A DNA stretch of 64,000 nucleotides from an uncultured candidate division Zixibacteria bacterium (GCA_963713865.1 OY970208.1:2240001-2304000); one strand, 5' to 3'. Positions 30,615 through 42,141 are shown, counted from the stretch's first letter. Notes: generated by a model from the letters alone, not told the origin. Program-made: numbers and translations.

Positions 30615-32660
30615 TCATTTCAATTTGGCCATTTTAACAACCTCAGATTCATTTCCCACATCTACTTTAAGAAGATAGATCCCAGCCGCTAGATCTTCCC
30701 CCTTAGAATTTTTACCATTCCAAGATGTTTTAAAAATCTCCTGAAAACTTTCATCAGACTGCTTGTAAACCAGTTCACCTGCGACATTGAAAATAAAAAT
30801 CCTGACCGGTTTATCTGGATTTGATTTCCCCACATAAATAGTTAGAAAATCGCTGAAAGGGTTTGGATAGACCCAGATCCTGTTCGAGCCGGAAATGACT
30901 AAAGTCACCTGAGCAATCTGGATTGAATCAGGAGCTTGATTGATCTTCACGGTAACATTGGCAGGATAGACACCCTTATCTAATCCGGAAATATCAACTG
31001 CCAGAGTACAAATTGAAGTAGTAAAGCTAGAATCCGGCTTCAAAGTCAACCAGCTTACATCTGGGGTAGCAGTCCATTTTAATTGACCCTCTCCCGGATT
31101 TGAGATACTCATTGTCTGCACCGCAGGATTTGAACGATTTTTAATTGCCAAAAAACTGAATTTATCCGGATAGATAATTGGATAAACAGCTCTATATGCA
31201 TTTATAACCCCATACCCTTTTAAAGTATCCGGGTAATCTGCTTGGGTTGCTGTTTTCCATAAAGACCTTCTAAGTTGTATAGGTGACCAATCTGGATAAA
31301 CTTGCAAAATTAACGCACAGGCACCAGCCACCAGCGGTGCGGATAAAGAGGTTCCATTAACGTTACTATAACTTCCATACATATTAGCACAATAAGTTCC
31401 CACTCCGCAGGCGCACACATCTGGCTTGATCTTTCCCTTTAGGAAATCACTCTGAAAACCAGCAGAGCTGAAAGAGGCAATATTCCCTTCTAAATCTACT
31501 GCTCCAACTGCAATCACACTATCCCCATCTGCTGGAGCAATTATATAATGCCAGTTATTGCCCACGCTCCTTTCATTTCCAGCGGAATTTACTACAACCA
31601 CCCCCCTGGATACAGCAATATCCGCTGCTATAGTACATAAAGCTGTATTACCATCTAAGCTGTCCCATGTATACCAATCATTATATCCCAGTGAAGAGGA
31701 TACAATATCAGCACTTAAGCTCTCAGCCCATTCGATCCCGGCTACCCAGAAGTCCTCTTCAACTTTGATCTCCTGTGCTTCAATTTCTGTTTTAGCTAAG
31801 ACGAATTCAGAATTATAAGCCGGTCCGATTAAAGTACCAGGCATATACCCGGCTAAAGCGGATAAAGTATAAGTCCCGTGTGACCTTTGTTGGTCAGCCA
31901 CGGACAAGTCTTCTACATCCTCATCACTATTTATAAAATCATAAGTTGCTATAATCCTGCTCGAATCAGCTAAATGCTTAAGAGCCTGATGATGGAGGTA
32001 ATAACCTGTATCCAGCATACCAATCCTGATTCCCCTGCCGGTATAACCTAAATTATGTAATTCCGGGATATGTATCTGCAAAAGCTGAGCATAAGAAGGT
32101 CCATAATCTAAAAGCTCACCGAAACTTTTTTTGTAAACAGGAACGATCTCTTTGTTTAACTCCGGGAGCGATTTATGGAATGTCACCACTTTTTTAATTT
32201 TTTGAACAAAACCAAATTCTGAAATTTTATCTAAATCTTTTTTAGAAGCTAAGATACTCACCGCATTCAGCCATCTGGAAACTGCTCTTATCTTCACTCC
32301 TGCCATTTTGAGAGAATCTATGTAAATCTGGTAAACGGGCAGGTCGAAGAAATCAGCTACTGTCCCGCTTCCTCGCAGTTCCCTTCTTCTCAATGTTCTT
32401 TCAGGAAACCTATAAATATTTTCTTTCAAAGCCTTTTCAATATTCTCTTGCTTCAAAAGACCTTTATCCTTGAAAAAAATCCAGTAAGAGGAAAGAGAAT
32501 CTGAAGGAATAGATTCTATGAATTCAGCAGTTTTCTGATCCAATTTACCTTTAACTTTTAAGGGTAAATTTGAGGGGTATATTTCATTATAAAAAAGGAA
32601 AAAGGTTAGTGCTATTAGTAATAGCGCCCTAACCTTTATCCCTATATCATTGTTTCTCAT
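30615..32660 (-). CDS. S8 subtilisin-like serine peptidase with BACON-like and C-terminal sorting domains
   Basis: LDTG, HGT and GTSLSAP triad; YPNPF...GIYLL C-terminal domain. Confidence 0.92.
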   Translation of the reverse strand: MRNNDIGIKVRALLLIALTFFLFYNEIYPSNLPLKVKGKLDQKTAEFIESIPSDSLSSYWIFFKDKGLLKQENIEKALKENIYRFPERTLRRRELRGSGTVADFFDLPVYQIYIDSLKMAGVKIRAVSRWLNAVSILASKKDLDKISEFGFVQKIKKVVTFHKSLPELNKEIVPVYKKSFGELLDYGPSYAQLLQIHIPELHNLGYTGRGIRIGMLDTGYYLHHQALKHLADSSRIIATYDFINSDEDVEDLSVADQQRSHGTYTLSALAGYMPGTLIGPAYNSEFVLAKTEIEAQEIKVEEDFWVAGIEWAESLSADIVSSSLGYNDWYTWDSLDGNTALCTIAADIAVSRGVVVVNSAGNERSVGNNWHYIIAPADGDSVIAVGAVDLEGNIASFSSAGFQSDFLKGKIKPDVCACGVGTYCANMYGSYSNVNGTSLSAPLVAGACALILQVYPDWSPIQLRRSLWKTATQADYPDTLKGYGVINAYRAVYPIIYPDKFSFLAIKNRSNPAVQTMSISNPGEGQLKWTATPDVSWLTLKPDSSFTTSICTLAVDISGLDKGVYPANVTVKINQAPDSIQIAQVTLVISGSNRIWVYPNPFSDFLTIYVGKSNPDKPVRIFIFNVAGELVYKQSDESFQEIFKTSWNGKNSKGEDLAAGIYLLKVDVGNESEVVKMAKLK

Positions 32661-32680
32661 TTACCTTGCTTGTGACCCTT

Positions 32681-32718
32681 AAAGAAATGGCTGGCTCAAA
32701 TTTATTTTGGGCCAGCCC
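32681..32718 (-). terminator. Hairpin after the cytochrome c gene
   Basis: GGCTGGCCCAAA/TTTGAGCCAGCC stem followed by ATTTCTTT on the minus strand. Confidence 0.55.
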
Positions 32719-32740
32719 TTAAAAAAATCTTAAACTTTTA

Positions 32741-33313
32741 TTACTTGGTTTTTGGTGCAGAATGAGCAACTATCTTCCAGGCATCTGCGAATTTAAATTC
32801 TTTATAAGTCGGGCTTTCCGGGTTATGGCAAACTTTGCACTCCTTCTCCGTAGGCATTATGAGTCCGGCTTCCTTTGATAGCTTCGGATCCTTCATAATA
32901 TTAGCAGGCATATATTTTCCTCCAGCACCATGACACCCTTCGCAGCTTACCCCTTCATTTATATCGTACTTTAATCCCTTCTCTTCAGCTTTAGCCATAT
33001 AACCAACCGTATGACACTTTAGACATTTCTCGCTCTTCAGGGGGTTATCTATTTTCTTCTCAGCAGCGATCTTTTTGGACTGTTCATTTGCAAGCGTTTT
33101 GTAAGCAGTTGAATGTTTAGAACCCGCCCAGATATCATACTGCTTTCCCTTTTTCTCGAAATTATGGCAGGGTTTACAAACCAGAGAACCCACATATTTA
33201 GCTTTAGTTATGGCTGGAGCTTTAGGGGCTTTAGGAGCTTCCTGGGCATAAGCTAAATAGAAAGCCAAAAAGAAGAACAAGCTTATCAAAACTATCAGAC
33301 TGAATTTCTTCAT
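32741..33313 (-). CDS. Periplasmic tetraheme cytochrome c (c554-like)
   Basis: Signal peptide and four CxxCH motifs (CKPCH, CLKCH, CEGCH, CKVCH); SD AGGAGG. Confidence 0.9.
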   Translation of the reverse strand: MKKFSLIVLISLFFFLAFYLAYAQEAPKAPKAPAITKAKYVGSLVCKPCHNFEKKGKQYDIWAGSKHSTAYKTLANEQSKKIAAEKKIDNPLKSEKCLKCHTVGYMAKAEEKGLKYDINEGVSCEGCHGAGGKYMPANIMKDPKLSKEAGLIMPTEKECKVCHNPESPTYKEFKFADAWKIVAHSAPKTK

Positions 33314-33377
33314 CCTCTTTCTCACCTCCTTTATGAATAAATTAACAATGTATGAAATCCCTTGTCAAGAACATTTT

Positions 33378-33411
33378 AAAAAAAGAAGGTCAACTAATCA
33401 GCTGACCTTCT
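33378..33411 (-). terminator. Intrinsic terminator
   Basis: GAAGGTCA/TGACCTTC stem followed by T7 on the minus strand. Confidence 0.7.
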
Positions 33412-33439
33412 TTATTATATTATACGAAACAAAAAAAGA

Positions 33440-35588
33440 TTATTTTAACAAAACCATTCTCCGGGTCAATTTGAAATCCCCTGCCTCCAGCCGGTAGAAA
33501 TATATTCCGCTGGAAACTTCTCTGCCATTTTCATCCTCTCCGTACCAGATCACAGAATGTTCTCCGGGTGTCTGTCTCTCATTTACCATAGTTTTTATCC
33601 ACTGACCTAACAGATTATATATTTTCAGAGATACAGACGAAGATTTAACTCTCTCGGGAATATAATATCTCAACTCGGTTGACTGGTTAAAAGGATTAGG
33701 GTAGTTCTGCTCCAGGGTATAATTTTTTGGAAGAGCATCAGGTGCTTGATCATCTCCAACATCTAAAGGATAGGAGAAATCAATCGTTCTCAAAGTGTCA
33801 GGAATCTCTGAAATAATAAGATTCTGTGAAGATGGTGTATTATAACCAGGAATTGATGGTGGATAGAAAGTCCAGTTGCCATCGCAGAGGTATAGATCAA
33901 AAGTCCCGGTAAGTTCATCAACTTCCTCACTTGAATTATAACCATTCGGCCAGGTATCTGTTGATGCACTAACGTAATAACCCGGTGAAATAGGTAAGGA
34001 TATGTTCGACAGGCTTCCGTGGATACGGGCATGGGTGTAATTCAGGAGAAATCCCAATCCACCGCTGGTGTCAGAACTAACCGTAACATAACGGATGCTG
34101 GGGTTGGAAAGGTAGCTCGGGCAGTAAACTGAAAGATCATAGCTTCCGGAGTCAACGTAGATGGTATAAATCCCATCGCTGCCGGGATTTCCTCCATAGC
34201 TTTTGCCAGAAGCATAAAAATTCAGCCAGAACGCTATTCCAGTTCATTCCTGGATCGCCCGGGTCAACTTTAATTGTATCCCTTACCATCTTCCCGCTTA
34301 TGAAATTAAGCACTACCGTATCTCCGGGTGAGACATTCGATTCCCCTCCTCCTTCTAAGACATATCCCGCTGGAATCGGATATCTATCATCCTCCGTAAA
34401 TATATTCACATACCAGCCAGAGGAATCCAGGGAGGAGATATGCAATGTGAAATTATTATTTGAGCCAGTTCCGGAGACTGCGTCAGTATAGCTCTGTAGC
34501 GTGCTAGACTCGGCTCGAATTTTATAAGGATGAGTTGGTGATCCGCCTGATTCGGTCACTCTTCCGTAGATAACCGTATCCGTCTTCTGGCAAGTGAAGT
34601 TGTGTTCAATACTGTGCTGGGTTTGATTGTTAAATTGAAAACTATTGGGAACCAGATAATCGGGAGCCAGATCTTCTGAGCTTATCCCTACCTCCCAGCT
34701 CCCTAACTCCGAGGACCCAAAAAAGATCTTATATTTCCCGTCTGTGCTTTCGTAGTTCTTATAGCTTGGTCCGCTGAATCTCGGGCTGCACCACATCGAC
34801 AGATTCAAAACTAACAAAGAATCATCTTGGTCTTTTATCTCTCCGAATATGCTGTCTGCCGGTGACTCATAGCTGAAATTAACGCTGTCAACCACACCGA
34901 AGGCGATTTCAGTTTTCTCAGCTGGAGTAACATAACCAGTTACATCAGAAGATCTGATGTAGAAAGTGCGTCCGGTGCCGCTGCTCCCCACATTTATCTC
35001 ATAGTAGCCGCTATCGTTTGAAAGACCTGCCCAGAAAGCAGATTCTGAGACACTGTCATCAGCTTCTACCCAGATATTTTTCAAAAGCGTATCCGGAGCA
35101 GTATGACCGGGTAAGGTTATCCATCCTGTAAATTTATTAGGCGGTGAAGGAAGCGGGGTAACCCATATCCCTCTCTGAGCAGTGGTGCTGTCTGTCAGAT
35201 CTATTACTTTGAAAATATAATGAGCCGGTGCAATTCCAGCTTCAAACGGCTGACAGATAAACCAGCCATCCGGAGTGGGACTGATATCCGGAGGTGGACC
35301 CTGGCTCGAGGTATCACCATCTGCTATACCGAACTCAAAAAGCAGTTTGTCTCCGGGATTATCCAGTACTGAATCCTGATCAATATCTATCCAGATTTGC
35401 CAGTAGGTTTGGGCTCCGATGGCACAGTTTGCACCCCAGCTTAAGGTATCGCCCTGGACCATTGAACTCAAACTCGTATCCCCGTTAACCGAGAAGAATA
35501 TATAGTTGGTTAGAGCATGGCTTGTCTGGAAATTTAGAAGTAGAAATAGAAAAAGCCCCCAAAAAATAAAACATTTAAAATTCTTCAT
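33440..35588 (-). pseudogene. Secreted beta-rich protein with FlgD-Ig/T9SS-like C-terminal domain, split by a +1 frameshift near 34210-34243 (real lesion or sequence error)
   Basis: ORFs 34152-35588 and 33440-34057 join if one base is removed. The span is 2149 nt = 716 codons + 1. C-terminus QNYPNPFN...SGIYFYRL. Confidence 0.8.
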
Positions 35589-35865
35589 CTTTACCTCCCC
35601 TTAAAGTGGTTTCTCAAGTCTCTCTGAACTAAAAATCAAATAATATATCTTATCACCCCCTTTTAGTAATCTTTTTGTTAAATTTTATCACCTGATATTG
35701 TCTTCAATTATAATGGAGATGAAAGTATAAAATTTTCCCCTCATATTTTTTATCGGCAGATTTTCCCAACAGTTTAATACTTTTTGGTTAAAACCTTTTC
35801 AAAAAAGATATGTTTCCCATCAGATTCTCTTCAGACCGATGTAAATTTAAAGTATCGAAGCTACC

Positions 35866-35977
35866 TGTCCTTTGGTCTGAGCCTCAGGGTCGAAGACAGG
35901 ACGGTGACAGTTCGATTCCTCTCACTGTCCCTGAGTAAAGTCGAAGGGAGCTTGTCGGACCGGCGGGTGACCTCTAC
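35866..35977. repeat. Composite palindromic repeat with CTGAG...GTCGAAG units
   Basis: GGTCTGAGCCTCAGGGTCGAAGAC and CCCTGAGTAAAGTCGAAGGG, plus a GTAG-led unit on the minus strand. Confidence 0.6.
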
Positions 35978-35981
35978 TGGT

Positions 35982-38213
35982 TTAAAATCTCTTTTCCATT
36001 ATCTCCGAAATCGAATTATAAAATTTTTCTTTAATCTTCTGAATTGGCAGGTCTATCCAGTTATTTATTTTGAGATTTTGTCCTTCGGCTTTTCCAATTA
36101 TCGCATAGTCAATGTCAAATTCTTTATTCAGTTTTTCTAATTCGGGCAGGTCCTTCTCTTCCAGACTTAAGATGATCCTGGACTGGGTTTCACCGAAAAG
36201 AAGAGCATCTTTTCTGAGGTTATTTTGAATCTCGATTTCAGCACCCAACCGCAAATTATTTCCAGAGGTCACACAGCACTCAGCTAAAGCTACAGCCAAC
36301 CCTCCTTCTGAACAATCGTGGGCGGATTTAACTATCCCTGATTTAATCAGTTTAAGACAGGCTTGCTGAACTCTTTTTTCATAATCCAGGTCTAAGACCG
36401 GCGGTTCACCTTTAGTTAAATTATGAATTATTTTCAGAAATTCTGTTCCACCTAATTCCTCTTTATTTTTCCCTAAAAGGACAATCAGGTCCCCTTCTTT
36501 TTTAAACCACTGGGTAGTTATATATTTTATCTCCTCAACTAATCCTATCATACCGACCACCGGGGTGGGATAAACAATCCTCTCCGGATCCTCATTGTAA
36601 AAAGAAACATTCCCTCCGGTTACTGGAGTTTCTAAAATCCTACAAGCCTCAGCCATACCCTCAATACACTCTTCAAAGGTCCAGTAAACCTCCGGGTCAT
36701 AGGGGTTCCCGAAGTTCAAGCAGTTGGTTATAGCTAATGGCATTGCCCCTGAACAGATTAAATTCCTGGCTGCCTCAGCTACTGCAATTCTTCCTCCCAT
36801 CCTCGGATTAAGATAACAATACCTCCCGTTACAGTCTGTGGTCATAGCCAATGCCTTATTGGTTTTTCTCAACCTTATAACTGCCGCATCTGAGCCTGGC
36901 CCAACTGCTGTCCCGGTCCTGACCATCGTATCATACTGCTCATATACCCACCTTTTACTGGCGATATTAGAAGTGCTTATAAGTTTCAGCAGCACTTCGT
37001 TCAAATCTATGGGGATTTTTATCTTAGACAGTTCTAAGTTTGAAGTTTGTGTAAGATATTTTGGCTTCTTTTTTTCTCTTCTATATACCGGTGCTCCTCC
37101 GCCTAAGACCAGAGTATCAGCCGGTATCTCTGCCACCACTTTCCCATTATTCTTCACCCTTAACATCTTGTCTTCAGTAACGTGTCCGATTATGACTGAG
37201 TGCAGTCCCCATTTAGAGAAAATCTTCTGCACCTCTCTCTCTTTCCCTTTCTTCGCAATAACCAGCATCCTCTCCTGTGATTCAGAGATCATAATCTCGT
37301 AAGGTATCATCCCCTTCTCCCGCATAGGTACTAAAGAGAGCTCGATCTCCATTCCGCTTTTCCCTCTGGCAGAAGTTTCAGAAGTAGCACAGGTAAGTCC
37401 AGCTCCTCCTAAATCCTGAATCCCGACTATCAGACCCACTTTGATTATCTCTAAGGAAGCTTCCAAAAGAAGCTTTTCTATAAACGGGTCGCCTATCTGC
37501 ACTGAGGGTCTTTTCTTCTCTGATTTCTCACTGATCTCTTCAGAGGCAAAAGTTACACCGTGAATTCCGTCTCTGCCAGTAGAAGCACCAACCAATAAAA
37601 CCGGATTTCCTGCTCCACTAGCTGTAGCAGTTGCCATCTCCTCTGGTTTAACAATCCCCACTGCCATCGCATTCACCAGGGGATTGCCGGTATATGACTC
37701 ATCAAAATAGATTTCTCCGGCTACTGTGGGAACTCCAAAGCAATTCCCGTAATCACCAACCCCTCTTATCACCCCATCGAAAAGATAACGAACCCGCGGA
37801 TTAGAAAGTGAACCGAACCTCAGCGAATCTAAAGAAGCAATCGGTCTGGCACCCATACAGAAGATATCTCTCAATATACCACCCACTCCCGTGGCCGCTC
37901 CCTGATAGGGTTCAACTGCAGAAGGATGGTTGTGACTTTCGATTTTAAAGACCACGGCTAAACCGTCTCCGATATCTACTGCTCCCGCATTCTCCTCCCC
38001 GGCCTTAGCTAAAAGATTTTTACCTTCACGGGGAAACTTTTTTACCATAGCGATCGAATTTTTATAACTGCAGTGTTCTGACCACATAACTGAGTAGATT
38101 CCAAGTTCAGTATAGGTAGGAGTTCGACCTAAAATCTTTTTTATCCTTTCATATTCTTCTTTTAAAAGCCCATGCTCTTTTGCTAATTTAAGAGTAACTT
38201 TCAGTTCTTTCAT
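35982..38213 (-). CDS. purL: Phosphoribosylformylglycinamidine synthase subunit PurL (small form)
   Basis: [23 protein letters not shown] and GGNVSFYN motifs. Confidence 0.97.
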   Translation of the reverse strand: MKELKVTLKLAKEHGLLKEEYERIKKILGRTPTYTELGIYSVMWSEHCSYKNSIAMVKKFPREGKNLLAKAGEENAGAVDIGDGLAVVFKIESHNHPSAVEPYQGAATGVGGILRDIFCMGARPIASLDSLRFGSLSNPRVRYLFDGVIRGVGDYGNCFGVPTVAGEIYFDESYTGNPLVNAMAVGIVKPEEMATATASGAGNPVLLVGASTGRDGIHGVTFASEEISEKSEKKRPSVQIGDPFIEKLLLEASLEIIKVGLIVGIQDLGGAGLTCATSETSARGKSGMEIELSLVPMREKGMIPYEIMISESQERMLVIAKKGKEREVQKIFSKWGLHSVIIGHVTEDKMLRVKNNGKVVAEIPADTLVLGGGAPVYRREKKKPKYLTQTSNLELSKIKIPIDLNEVLLKLISTSNIASKRWVYEQYDTMVRTGTAVGPGSDAAVIRLRKTNKALAMTTDCNGRYCYLNPRMGGRIAVAEAARNLICSGAMPLAITNCLNFGNPYDPEVYWTFEECIEGMAEACRILETPVTGGNVSFYNEDPERIVYPTPVVGMIGLVEEIKYITTQWFKKEGDLIVLLGKNKEELGGTEFLKIIHNLTKGEPPVLDLDYEKRVQQACLKLIKSGIVKSAHDCSEGGLAVALAECCVTSGNNLRLGAEIEIQNNLRKDALLFGETQSRIILSLEEKDLPELEKLNKEFDIDYAIIGKAEGQNLKINNWIDLPIQKIKEKFYNSISEIMEKRF

Positions 38214-38238
38214 CTTTTGTCTCCTGATATTAAACTAA

Positions 38239-38272
38239 ATTTTAAATATATTTACCATTTAGTCAATGTCAA
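38239..38272 (-). promoter_or_regulatory. Candidate sigma70 promoter(s) for purL
   Basis: TTGACT-16-TAAAAT and overlapping TTGACA-16-TATATT. Confidence 0.45.
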
Positions 38273-38343
38273 ATGAAATCATCCATGAAAATATTTTAAT
38301 ATTTACTCGAACTTCTATGAGTCAGAATAAAAATAGGGTTTTT

Positions 38344-38371
38344 GTAGAGACGCATAGCGATGCGTCTCTAC
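38344..38371. repeat. GTAG REP palindrome
   Basis: GTAGAGACGCATAGCGATGCGTCTCTAC; same family as 6147-6171. Confidence 0.85.
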
Positions 38372-38731
38372 GTCAGGCTATAGAGTTCTTACTCCAGAGG
38401 TGGCTTAAATCAAAATACCTTAAATTATTGCAAGAAAACCAAATCCACAGTCTCTTCTCTTTCCAAAAACTATTGTTCCGAATCCCGCATAAACAATTTT
38501 TAATTTTTATGAATTCTGCCCTCCCACAAAGACCTAACATGTTGTAGTTAAATAGATTACACCCCCTATTTTACCCTACGAATAAAAGTAAAATTTATTA
38601 AACAAATTTTTATCTAATTCCGTATAAATATTATGTAAAGTAGTCTCTTAATGTTATCTGATAACTTGTTGATAACATGTAACTTAGAGGACTGACAGTC
38701 TGCGTCAAACTAAGAGAGAGGTGATTTTTGA

Positions 38732-39001
38732 ATGACGTTTGGGATGACACACCTTGAGTTCCCGACCAAACAGGATTTAACTAAAAGAAATTTAAAGATA
38801 CACACTCTGGTAAAAAAAGCAATCCAGGGAAATTCAAAAGCCAAAGAAAAATTACACGATGAATATGGAATAAGACTTTATTCAACCTCAGAGATTGAGA
38901 AATACGAAAGAGGAAAACAGGTTAGACGAGTAAAAAATCTTGCTCCGGGTAAAAGAACTAATGGTAGCAGGAGACAAACAGTTAAAATAAAATTAATCTA
39001 A
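38732..39001 (+). CDS. Small basic hypothetical protein
   Basis: SD GAGGTG, its own terminator at 39031 and a Lys/Arg-rich tail. Confidence 0.65.
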   Translation: MTFGMTHLEFPTKQDLTKRNLKIHTLVKKAIQGNSKAKEKLHDEYGIRLYSTSEIEKYERGKQVRRVKNLAPGKRTNGSRRQTVKIKLI

Positions 39002-39030
39002 TGTTTATTTAAAGTAATCTAACCAATCTG

Positions 39031-39065
39031 ACCTGTCTCTTTTGAAAGGGACAGGTTTTTTATTT
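39031..39065 (+). terminator. Intrinsic terminator between convergent genes
   Basis: ACCTGTCTCTTT/AAAGGGACAGGT stem followed by a T run. Confidence 0.75.
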
Positions 39066-39066
39066 C

Positions 39067-42000
39067 TTAAAACTCAGCCCCTAAAGAAAAGTAATGTCTC
39101 GGTTTGGGAGAGACCTTATCAAAATCAGTCTTCCAGCCAGCATCGTATCTCAGCACAAATATGCCTAAATTGATCCTGGCACCAAAACCAAATCCCGCTT
39201 TAATATCCTTTAACCTTGAATTACCATTTTCAGAAGTTCCGCCTTTAAATTTTTTCGTGTCATTCCAGGCGCTCCCTAAATCTAAAAACATTGCTCCAGT
39301 GATATATCTGAAACTTAAAGGAGGAAATCCCATTGATAGATACTCAATAAAAGGGTACCTGAATTCAAAATTGGTCAGAAAATATCTAGTCCCTTCTACC
39401 TCATAATATTCGTATCCCCTTAAAGGTGTAACCATACCGGAAAAATAAAGATCGTTTACACCATAGATATTTTCTGTTGCTAACCCGGGGTCAATCCAGT
39501 TGGAAATTCCACCTAAGAAGAAATGTCTGGGCTCTTCACCATCGCTTCTCCCCGCAGAAAACCTGAAAGCAAATCCAAACCTGTTTTTGCCGAAATGTAA
39601 GTACCTGCGATAGTCCAGCCATAGAGAGGTAAAGGAGATGCTCCTTTTAGAAATATCCGGTGACCACTCAAAACTGATAACGCTTCTTTTCCCATTTACC
39701 GGACCAGTTATCCCCCAGATAACGTTATCCTTCACCCAGGAGAAAGTACTTAACAGAACCTTTACGCTTCTATCTTCAAAAATACCTTCTGCATTAGGGT
39801 CATAATATCTTCGGTCAATGGAAAGATGGGTAAAATTGAACTCCACTCTGCTGAATTTGTTAAAGGGCAGGGATAGAAGACCGGTAGCTCCGTAAAGCCG
39901 GTCAGAGAAGAGCCGATCGGTTGAATCGACATAATAATATTTAGTATGGAAGATCCCGATCCCATAATCAATCCTCTTGGGCAGATATAGATAGATCAGT
40001 TGAAAGTCACTCTGGTCAATGGTATTAAAAAGGTCTGTGGCTAAATAGAAATTATGGTTTCCGAAAATATCGCTGACCGCTATAAAAGACTGCCCCTGGA
40101 ACCCAAAAAATGTATCATAGCTCAAAGCGCCAGATATTATATCAGGAGTAAATTTGAGTTTATATTTATTCTTCTTATATTCGCCGGATGGAAGTTTAGT
40201 AATCAGGGTTTCCTTCTCTGGCTCTGGTTCTTTCAGCATCTGGGAGAGAGAATCCAGCTCGTCTTCGGTGCTTTTGAAAACATAATAACTGTAATCCAGT
40301 TTCTTTCTCTCCTTTTGCGACTCTTCTTTCTTGGTAGTATCAGGAAGAATTTCTGCTTTCAGCTCTTTTTCTTGAACAAAAGCGGTTTTGGTTAAGGGGG
40401 TCTCATCCTCGTGAACTGATTTAATATCTTTAAGCAGAAATATATCCCAGCCACCTTTATAAAAAGAAGAGAAGACTACCTTTTCCCCATCCTTAGACCA
40501 GGAAGGGGTAAAACAGCCGGTCAGTATGTTAGTAAGAGGGTAACTCTTAAGACTATCTAAGGACTGGAGATAGAGATTGCTTATCCCGTTACGGGTGGAG
40601 CTGAAGCAGATCTTATTACCATCAGGAGAAAAAGCAGGAGAATAACTATTCTCCCCTCCTTGAGTAAATGTTTTGATTGCCTTAGTACTAAAATCTAAGA
40701 GGAAGATATTGTAAGAGCCATACACGTAGTTAGTATCTTGACTTTCTCCTGAAGGACGGTCTGAGGAGAAAGCAATAGTTTTTCCATCTGGACTCCAGGT
40801 AGGATCCCTATCATCATAATCATCTTCAGTTAATTTCTCCAGTTTACCGTTTGTGATGTCGGTTAAATAGAGGTCTGTTCGTCCCCTAGTCACCCCCACA
40901 AAAACTATACTCCTACCATCCGGAGACCAGGCTGGAGAGAAAAACGCATCTAAATTGAAATTAAACTTCTTATAGATTTTTTTCTTTTTCACATTTACCA
41001 GACATAAAACATCTTTTCCCTGACTCTTGGATACAAAGGTTATATCCCTGCCATCCGGAGACCAGGAAAGCCCGCTAACATAGGAATGCAAAGATTCTAA
41101 ATCGCCTGATCTTTCACCTTTGACCACTTTTTCGATAACTTTCCCATTAACTGCGGAAATAATATATATCTCAGTATATTCGCTCCGGTCAGAGAAGATG
41201 GCAATCCTGTCACCCTGAGGCGAAAAAGCTGGCTTCTCATTCATATATGAACCGTCCTTTTGATGATTGGTCAACTGTTTGGCAAAATCTTTTGGCTCCT
41301 GTCTTTGAGCTATCTCCGGCCAGTACTCTTTCCTCAAGTTTTTCATCCACTCTTCACTTAACTCCCTTTCGTCCAGTCCGATGGCTGACTTAAGACTTTT
41401 ATAAAACGAGCGCATCCCTTTACCTTTGCGAAGGATCTCAGAGATCTTCTCCTCCCCGTATTTGTCGACAATATATTTAATCACCGATTGACCTTCTTTA
41501 TAAACCAAGTATCCACCCGCTAAATCCAGAGAGTATAAGTAGCCGTTGACTGTGGCATCCCTTAAGATCATATCCGCTTCGATATCCCACCCTCCTCTGG
41601 AGAAATATTCTGCAAAACCTTCGGCAAACCATAAAGGCAACTGAAGATATTCTACACTCAACAGATTCCCGATCATGTTTCCATACAGCATATCGAAGAT
41701 AAAAGCATGGGTTAGCTCATGGGTAAGCACATGCCTGAATTCCTCGTAGGAGCCATTAAAAGGGACTACTACCCGATTCTTGAAAACTTCGGTGAACCCA
41801 CCCACATTTTCCTCGATCAGCTCGCTTATCACATTGGTTTGTTGAAAATCATTCGGTGAATCGTAGATGATTATCGGTATCCTCTTTCTCACCTCATATT
41901 TTAAGATCTTCTCTAAAGAAGGAGTTGCCTGTTCCAGGGTTTTGGCTGCAAATTCGGCTAAGTTGGATTTTAACCCGTAGTAATAGATATCATAATGGTC

Positions 42001-42141
42001 GGTTTGAATATAAAACCATTCAAAATTTTTATACTGGACCTTGTTCTTGCCGAAATACTCATCCTGACCTTTAGAAGGTGAAGTTGAGAAAGAAAAGATG
42101 ATTATCCCGGCAAAAAGAATTATAATTATTTTCTTAAGCAT
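39067..42141 (-). CDS. Omp85/BamA-type barrel protein with N-terminal gluzincin-like peptidase and PD40 beta-propeller
   Basis: HELTH...WFAEGFAE; repeated P[AT]WSPDG; LRGY barrel motif; C-terminal F. Confidence 0.85.
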   Translation of the reverse strand: MLKKIIIILFAGIIIFSFSTSPSKGQDEYFGKNKVQYKNFEWFYIQTDHYDIYYYGLKSNLAEFAAKTLEQATPSLEKILKYEVRKRIPIIIYDSPNDFQQTNVISELIEENVGGFTEVFKNRVVVPFNGSYEEFRHVLTHELTHAFIFDMLYGNMIGNLLSVEYLQLPLWFAEGFAEYFSRGGWDIEADMILRDATVNGYLYSLDLAGGYLVYKEGQSVIKYIVDKYGEEKISEILRKGKGMRSFYKSLKSAIGLDERELSEEWMKNLRKEYWPEIAQRQEPKDFAKQLTNHQKDGSYMNEKPAFSPQGDRIAIFSDRSEYTEIYIISAVNGKVIEKVVKGERSGDLESLHSYVSGLSWSPDGRDITFVSKSQGKDVLCLVNVKKKKIYKKFNFNLDAFFSPAWSPDGRSIVFVGVTRGRTDLYLTDITNGKLEKLTEDDYDDRDPTWSPDGKTIAFSSDRPSGESQDTNYVYGSYNIFLLDFSTKAIKTFTQGGENSYSPAFSPDGNKICFSSTRNGISNLYLQSLDSLKSYPLTNILTGCFTPSWSKDGEKVVFSSFYKGGWDIFLLKDIKSVHEDETPLTKTAFVQEKELKAEILPDTTKKEESQKERKKLDYSYYVFKSTEDELDSLSQMLKEPEPEKETLITKLPSGEYKKNKYKLKFTPDIISGALSYDTFFGFQGQSFIAVSDIFGNHNFYLATDLFNTIDQSDFQLIYLYLPKRIDYGIGIFHTKYYYVDSTDRLFSDRLYGATGLLSLPFNKFSRVEFNFTHLSIDRRYYDPNAEGIFEDRSVKVLLSTFSWVKDNVIWGITGPVNGKRSVISFEWSPDISKRSISFTSLWLDYRRYLHFGKNRFGFAFRFSAGRSDGEEPRHFFLGGISNWIDPGLATENIYGVNDLYFSGMVTPLRGYEYYEVEGTRYFLTNFEFRYPFIEYLSMGFPPLSFRYITGAMFLDLGSAWNDTKKFKGGTSENGNSRLKDIKAGFGFGARINLGIFVLRYDAGWKTDFDKVSPKPRHYFSLGAEF

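Noticed and set aside
35784-36140. 118-aa plus-strand ORF
   Set aside because: It reads through a repeat cluster and antisense into purL.
38266-38547. 93-aa ORF upstream of purL
   Set aside because: It crosses a REP, overlaps the likely purL promoter and has no SD or motif.
38614-38641. dif-like site (TTATGTAAAGT resembles a XerD arm)
   Set aside because: The XerC-like arm ending in ATAA is only 3 nt away instead of 6, and the region is very AT-rich.
38650-38680. oriC suggested by a DnaA-box-like sequence
   Set aside because: Only one near-consensus box, with no dnaA or other origin genes nearby.
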